DNA of 64,000 nucleotides from Candidatus Borrarchaeum weybense (GTDB lineage Archaea; Asgardarchaeota; Sifarchaeia; Borrarchaeales; Borrarchaeaceae): NCBI GenBank assembly GCA_019057385.1, contig JAHQJS010000006.1, positions 288,001 to 352,000 of the forward strand, read 5' to 3'. Shown piece by piece: positions 59,461 to 64,000 of this stretch (position 1 is its first letter; each line of letters starts with the position of its first letter). The notes under the pieces were generated by a model. It saw only the letters and a program-made list of their open reading frames with translations, ran no database searches and was not told where the DNA came from. The position numbers and the translations under genes were made by a program.

Positions 59461-60006
59461 TTAACTAAGATAACCTAACGATTTTGCGGCCTCTATAATT
59501 TTTTGTGCACTTTCCACAACCGTTTCATTATCGGTATCAACTATAAGCTCTGGATTTAGAGGTTCTTGGTATGGGTCATCGATCCCAGTCATCTTTTTTA
59601 TTTCTCCAGCTAATGCTCTTTTATAGAGCCCTTTTGGATCTCTTTGAATACATGTTTCAATTGAACATTTAACAAAAATCTCCATAAATCCACTTCGCTC
59701 GTCCTGACTAAGTTCACTTCTTGCGTAATCACGAACTTCGCGATATGGTGAAATTAGAGAAACAATGACGACCACACCGTTTCGTGCAAGAATTTTACTT
59801 ACCCAGATGACGCGGTGATTGTGTTGATCTCTCTCTTCTTTTGAGAAACCAAGGTCTGGGCTCAAATTTTTTCTAACTACATCCCCGTCAAGTATTTCGA
59901 CGTTTCGATGTGAGTTGTTCACTAGATATGTTTCAAGTTCTCTCGCTATGGTTGTTTTCCCAGAGCCTGAGAGTCCCGTTAGCCATATAACAAAACCTTT
60001 TGTCAT
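59461..60006 (-). CDS. cysC: Adenylyl-sulfate (APS) kinase
   Basis: WLTGLSGSGKTT, LDGD.VR, ISPY, RDPKGLY, TGIDDPY. Confidence 0.97.
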   Translation of the reverse strand: MTKGFVIWLTGLSGSGKTTIARELETYLVNNSHRNVEILDGDVVRKNLSPDLGFSKEERDQHNHRVIWVSKILARNGVVVIVSLISPYREVRDYARSELSQDERSGFMEIFVKCSIETCIQRDPKGLYKRALAGEIKKMTGIDDPYQEPLNPELIVDTDNETVVESAQKIIEAAKSLGYLS

Positions 60007-60055
60007 GTTTAATCCATCCTTTCTTCATTTATTTCCTATATATTATGCTATTCTT

Positions 60056-60643
60056 TCATCTCCTCTGTCGATACAACTTGTTATCTACAGGTTGCATCAT
60101 ACTTTTCAGATCTGCCTCTGGAAGATTTAGAAATTCAGGTATTTTTTTAATATGTGTCTTAGGATCTAACAATATCTCATTGTAGTTTAAAAACAAAACA
60201 TCGATATCTTCTCTCTCTATAATTGTTTTTTTCATTATCCTATTCAATTTTATGAACGCTTTTTTTGTTTTATACCGATTTTCATCCTGTATTCCCGTCA
60301 TCTTATCCATAGAATCCAATACTTCCTCGATATTCCTCTCTGAATAGATAATCTTATATCTTCCAAGCGGAAGAAATTTCAGACCATAAGTCGTAATCTT
60401 GATAAATTTGCCTCGGAAGTTCTCCAGTTGAAATGTCCCGTCAATTAGTTTGTTTATGACCTTTCCGCCCTCAAGTTCATAGTATCCTTTCGGATTGTGA
60501 GGATCTGGAGGACGTGAACTATCAGATGCTATTGGCACGCCTCCAGCATGTAATATTTGCATTAGCATAGATGTACCAGACCGTTCTATTCCCGAGACAA
60601 TGTAATTAGTGTTGTTGTCTAATGAAAGCAACTTTTTGGTCAT
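60056..60643 (-). CDS. Sulfotransferase family protein
   Basis: VSGIERSGTSMLM 5'-PSB loop, NPKGYYE, R...EV..S 3'-PB-like, Y.EIL.DP. Confidence 0.8.
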   Translation of the reverse strand: MTKKLLSLDNNTNYIVSGIERSGTSMLMQILHAGGVPIASDSSRPPDPHNPKGYYELEGGKVINKLIDGTFQLENFRGKFIKITTYGLKFLPLGRYKIIYSERNIEEVLDSMDKMTGIQDENRYKTKKAFIKLNRIMKKTIIEREDIDVLFLNYNEILLDPKTHIKKIPEFLNLPEADLKSMMQPVDNKLYRQRR

Positions 60644-60644
60644 C

Positions 60645-61673
60645 CTACAGCCAATCCCTGTATTCAGTCAAGATTTTGTTTAAGAACGTCTTTTTTTCCT
60701 CTTTTGGCAAGACAATTCCAAAAACATCACTTTTCCCACCTGCGGAATACCCTATGCTTCGAGCCATTTCAATTAGATTTTTTGAATTCGACAAACCATT
60801 ACTTCGTCGTATGTAAAGTTGGACGTCGTCAGGAAATAGTCCGTTGTTAATCACAATTACAGTTTTTTCCTTATTTTCTTTAGTTTGAAGAGCTAAGTGT
60901 CGCGTAACAGCAGATATGAGATCATATTTTGTATCAATTTCAAAAAGCAAGATATTATTTTCGTCATAAGAGGGTTTTTGTGCAATAAGACGGTTTAATT
61001 CGTTTTCCAACAGCTTTAAATGTTTTTTCCATTTCTCGTATGCAAGAATGCTTTTCGGATCATCTTTAAATTGAAGCAAAGCGAATACAGCATTTTCTAC
61101 TTCTTTCTTATTCTGAATTTTAAAGTTTGAATCGATTAATTCAATCATGTCTAGAAGTTCTGAGAAATTGATATCTATCGAGTCAATATACGTAGAGATC
61201 TCTTGATAAATCACTTTATTCTTTTTTATTTTCGCTCCTAGGTCTCCTATAGCACCTAATATTGGAAATATGTTTATTTCGTTGTTTAATAAATCATTAA
61301 TGAACCAAGCCGCTGCAGGAAAATTATCTCCATTTTGCCCCGAAAGTGTTGGATTGAAATTAAGCACTCCTGGAATGTGATCTTGTAAATGATGATCAAA
61401 AAGGAGTATTTGTGCATTTGTAACCTGTTGGAGTTTCAGGACATCTTCTTTCAGTACTGCAATATCTGCTATTATGATAAACTCAAACTCGTGTGCTTTT
61501 TCATAAATCTCTGGTATCAGCCTGTAATTCCCAATATGTAATGTTGACGTAATAATTTGCGTGTCATTTGCTGAGAGAAATTCGTAAAGCAATGCAGCGG
61601 AGCAAATCCCGTCTGTGTCCCAATGATGAATAAGTAAGCCGCTTTTATTTTGTAGTTTTTTGAGTTCTTCCAT
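60645..61673 (-). CDS. DHH family phosphoesterase (candidate PAP phosphatase)
   Basis: HHWDTDG, IAD, FDHH, GAIGD and AGGK motifs; lies inside the sat-cysC operon. Confidence 0.8.
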   Translation of the reverse strand: MEELKKLQNKSGLLIHHWDTDGICSAALLYEFLSANDTQIITSTLHIGNYRLIPEIYEKAHEFEFIIIADIAVLKEDVLKLQQVTNAQILLFDHHLQDHIPGVLNFNPTLSGQNGDNFPAAAWFINDLLNNEINIFPILGAIGDLGAKIKKNKVIYQEISTYIDSIDINFSELLDMIELIDSNFKIQNKKEVENAVFALLQFKDDPKSILAYEKWKKHLKLLENELNRLIAQKPSYDENNILLFEIDTKYDLISAVTRHLALQTKENKEKTVIVINNGLFPDDVQLYIRRSNGLSNSKNLIEMARSIGYSAGGKSDVFGIVLPKEEKKTFLNKILTEYRDWL

Positions 61674-61677
61674 TCTT

Positions 61678-62826
61678 CTATTCACTTACAAAAGGGTTTT
61701 CTTCACATATAATCAACTTTGCAACTTCAGGTCGCATTATTTCTTTAGGCGGGAGTTCTTTATCGCAGATCAACTTACGTATTTTTGTTCCAGAGAATGA
61801 AATGTGATCTGATTCGCTATGTGGGCAGGTTTTCTCATTTGCCACTCCACCACAACGTTTACAGTAGAAAAACGACTTAAAGAAAATGGGAAATATTCCT
61901 AAATCTGGAAATTCCTCGAAAATGTCCTGAGCAGCATATGGATCATAGTAGTTTCCAACACCCGCGTGATCTCTTCCAATAATTATATGGGAACAACCGA
62001 AGTTTTTACGGACGATCGCATGGAATATTGCTTCCCTAGGACCAGCGTATCTCATATCAAAGTTGAGAATGCTCATGACTGCCCTTTCTTTAAGATAATA
62101 GTGTTTCATTAACTCCTCATACGATGCAAGTATAATATCGTCTCTAAAATCGCCGATTTTTTTGCGACCCACGACCGGCTGAATTAGAACACCATCCACA
62201 AAGGTTAGCGCTGTTTTCTGAACGTATTCGTGACCAATATGGGGCGGGTTTCGTGTTTGGAACGCTACCACAGTCCTCCATCCCTTTTCCTTGAACAAGA
62301 TCCGCGTTTCGATCGGTTGTAAGTTATACTTTTCATACTGTCGTCTTGTTTCAGTGATTAACTCGATTTTTCCGCCAATGAGAACATCTCCTAGCGTGAA
62401 GGTTTTCGCAACACCGGGGTGGTTTATGTCTGTAGTACCAAATACATGCTGGGCAAGATCGTGTTTGCTATACCCGTATTTTTCATCAATTTTCATCAAT
62501 GCAAGAAATTCATTATTATCATATAAAATGATTTCATCATCCTCTTGAATTTCTTTGGATTTCTCTTCTGAAACATCGAGAATAATAGGTATTGTCCATG
62601 GTATGTCACTAGATATTCTCTTTTCTAGTAAGCATGATTCAAGATCGTTTTGATTAAAAAATCCTTCTAGAGGGCTAAATACACCATTAGCGATGTTTTC
62701 CACATCATTAATCAGATCACTTCTGAGTTCAATCTGAGGTAGTTCTTTAACTTCTTCAAACATCTTTTCTTTTTCGCTTTTCTTTAAGCGACGATTTATC
62801 AACTTTCCACCGTGTGGTCTTGGCAT
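61678..62826 (-). CDS. sat: Sulfate adenylyltransferase
   Basis: PHGGKL, FSPLEGF, AFQTRNPPH.GHE, MRYAGPREA, GRDHAGVG, SGTKIR. Confidence 0.97.
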   Translation of the reverse strand: MPRPHGGKLINRRLKKSEKEKMFEEVKELPQIELRSDLINDVENIANGVFSPLEGFFNQNDLESCLLEKRISSDIPWTIPIILDVSEEKSKEIQEDDEIILYDNNEFLALMKIDEKYGYSKHDLAQHVFGTTDINHPGVAKTFTLGDVLIGGKIELITETRRQYEKYNLQPIETRILFKEKGWRTVVAFQTRNPPHIGHEYVQKTALTFVDGVLIQPVVGRKKIGDFRDDIILASYEELMKHYYLKERAVMSILNFDMRYAGPREAIFHAIVRKNFGCSHIIIGRDHAGVGNYYDPYAAQDIFEEFPDLGIFPIFFKSFFYCKRCGGVANEKTCPHSESDHISFSGTKIRKLICDKELPPKEIMRPEVAKLIICEENPFVSE

Positions 62827-62844
62827 TATATCACCTGCTGATAA

Positions 62845-63120
62845 TTATTCGAGATAACCAAGTCTTCTTAATCTATCTTTCACGCGTTCTTCATCTTCAT
62901 CGCTGAAAGGATGTTCTTCCTCTTCTTTTTCACCTTCAGCGACTATTTCTCTTAAAACATAGGTTACATAACTTGAAACAGATGTAAAACCCGTATCTTT
63001 GATTCTTTCTTCAACTTTGCGAAATAAAGGTGTTGGTATTGAAACTGTTGTAAATTTCTTTCTTTTTTTCTCCTCATCTGCTTTCTCAGCCATTTTTTCC
63101 AACTCTTTTTCTTTTTCCAC
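62845..63120 (-). CDS. Ribbon-helix-helix (CopG-like) regulator with ERLRxLGY tail
   Basis: TTVSIPTPLFRKVEERI..GFTSVSSYVTYVLRE RHH pattern; C-terminus EERVKDRLRRLGYLE. Confidence 0.85.
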   Translation of the reverse strand: MEKEKELEKMAEKADEEKKRKKFTTVSIPTPLFRKVEERIKDTGFTSVSSYVTYVLREIVAEGEKEEEEHPFSDEDEERVKDRLRRLGYLE

Positions 63121-63123
63121 GCA

Positions 63124-63161
63124 CTAATTATAGTTAATTAGAACTAATTATAGTTAATTAG
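63124..63161. promoter_or_regulatory. Tandem palindromic operator CTAATTA-TAGT-TAATTAG x2
   Basis: Two identical 18-bp palindromes at 63124-63141 and 63144-63161, 3 bp upstream of the RHH start codon. Confidence 0.7.
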
Positions 63162-63384
63162 CCCGTTTAAAAAACTTTCTATATATCTGACTTCTAAGGA
63201 TTCAGGTCTCATCTGCTGTATACGAGTAGTTGATAGCACATCGTATCAAGAAGTCTTGTTATGTTTCCAAGCAAAAAGGTTTATAGTTGAAGTTATGGAA
63301 ATACTAGCTCAGTGTTGATTTGGATTTGAATTGAGCACAAATCATCAACAAGGGAAGTCATAACTTTTTACTGGAGGTGCGGTT

Positions 63385-64000
63385 TTGAAATATAAACGCA
63401 TTCTAATTACCGATCCTGTTCATGATGATGGAATAAAAAAGTTGAAAGCAGCAGGTTTTACAGTTGAAGAACGATATGGAGAATCACCATCGGTGATTAA
63501 GGAATTGATAAGGGATTATGATGTGCTTATTGTTAGAAGTGCTACAAAAGTAACACGAGAAATGTTGGCAGAATCTTCACTTCAAGTAATTTGCCGTGCT
63601 GGTGTCGGTTTAGATAATATCGACTTGGAAGCTGCAAAGGAATACAACATAACTGTATTTAATACTCCTAATGCTCCAAGTGTCTCAGTTGCAGAATTAG
63701 TCATTGGGCTAATTATTGCTCTATTTCGCCATATTTCGATTGGAGATAAAGGTTTAAAAGAAGGAAAATGGCTTAAGAAGGAATTGAAGGGATTAGAATT
63801 AAAGGGAAAAACACTTGGTATTGTGGGGTTTGGAAATATAGGAGTGGAAGTTGCAAAACGAGCGAAATCATTTGAAATGACTGTTATAGCTTATGATGTT
63901 CTTGATAGTGCGTTAGAAAATGCCAAACAAATGAATGTTGAACCTTTCGGTCCTTCTAAAGATGCGCTTGAGGCGATATTAAGGAATGCTGATGTAATAA
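63385..64000 (+). CDS. serA: D-3-phosphoglycerate dehydrogenase / D-2-hydroxyacid dehydrogenase (3'-truncated by window edge)
   Basis: GGAGGTG RBS, TTG start; VRSATKVT, RAGVGLDNID, NTPNA..SVAE, LGIVGFGNIG. Not in the supplied ORF track. Confidence 0.8.
   Translation, partial: MKYKRILITDPVHDDGIKKLKAAGFTVEERYGESPSVIKELIRDYDVLIVRSATKVTREMLAESSLQVICRAGVGLDNIDLEAAKEYNITVFNTPNAPSVSVAELVIGLIIALFRHISIGDKGLKEGKWLKKELKGLELKGKTLGIVGFGNIGVEVAKRAKSFEMTVIAYDVLDSALENAKQMNVEPFGPSKDALEAILRNADVI

Overview
Low-GC archaeal chromosomal window. The eS1/eS6/eS24/eS27/eS28/eL24/L7Ae, aIF2-gamma, aIF5B, Rpo7, Spt4, KEOPS, CDC48, IPK/IDI-2 and AglH genes show it is archaeal. An Asgard (Loki/Hel-like) origin is an inference from the GIFT/PCI-like multidomain protein and the overall gene set. 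Most of the window is housekeeping (translation, tRNA modification, isoprenoid and glycan precursors, proteostasis). Accessory material: (i) two GC-richer, TnpA-less IS200/IS605 TnpB elements whose ends and TAMs (TTAT, TTAC) can be read from the hairpin guide rule, plus a 47-bp single-hairpin mini-element; (ii) a tRNA-Cys with a 19-nt D-loop intron in a perfect bulge-helix-bulge; (iii) a DUF1257-DUF2997-(DUF2997-like)-Ycf46 AAA+ module co-oriented with an Mre11/Rad50 pair lacking HerA/NurA, where mevalonate kinase usually sits; (iv) a ~10.5 kb island between ychF and a serA-like gene. The island holds a head-to-head RNase HIII / TBP-like-Zn-PIN gene pair, two predicted HEPN proteins (one with GIFT-PCI-HEAT architecture) separated by relics of a duplicated small gene, and a PAPS-generation/sulfotransferase operon with a tandem palindromic RHH operator. 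The best candidates for an undescribed system are the RNase HIII/TBP-like-PIN pair and the Ycf46 module plus Mre11/Rad50. All domain calls come from motif recognition by eye; no database searches were run.
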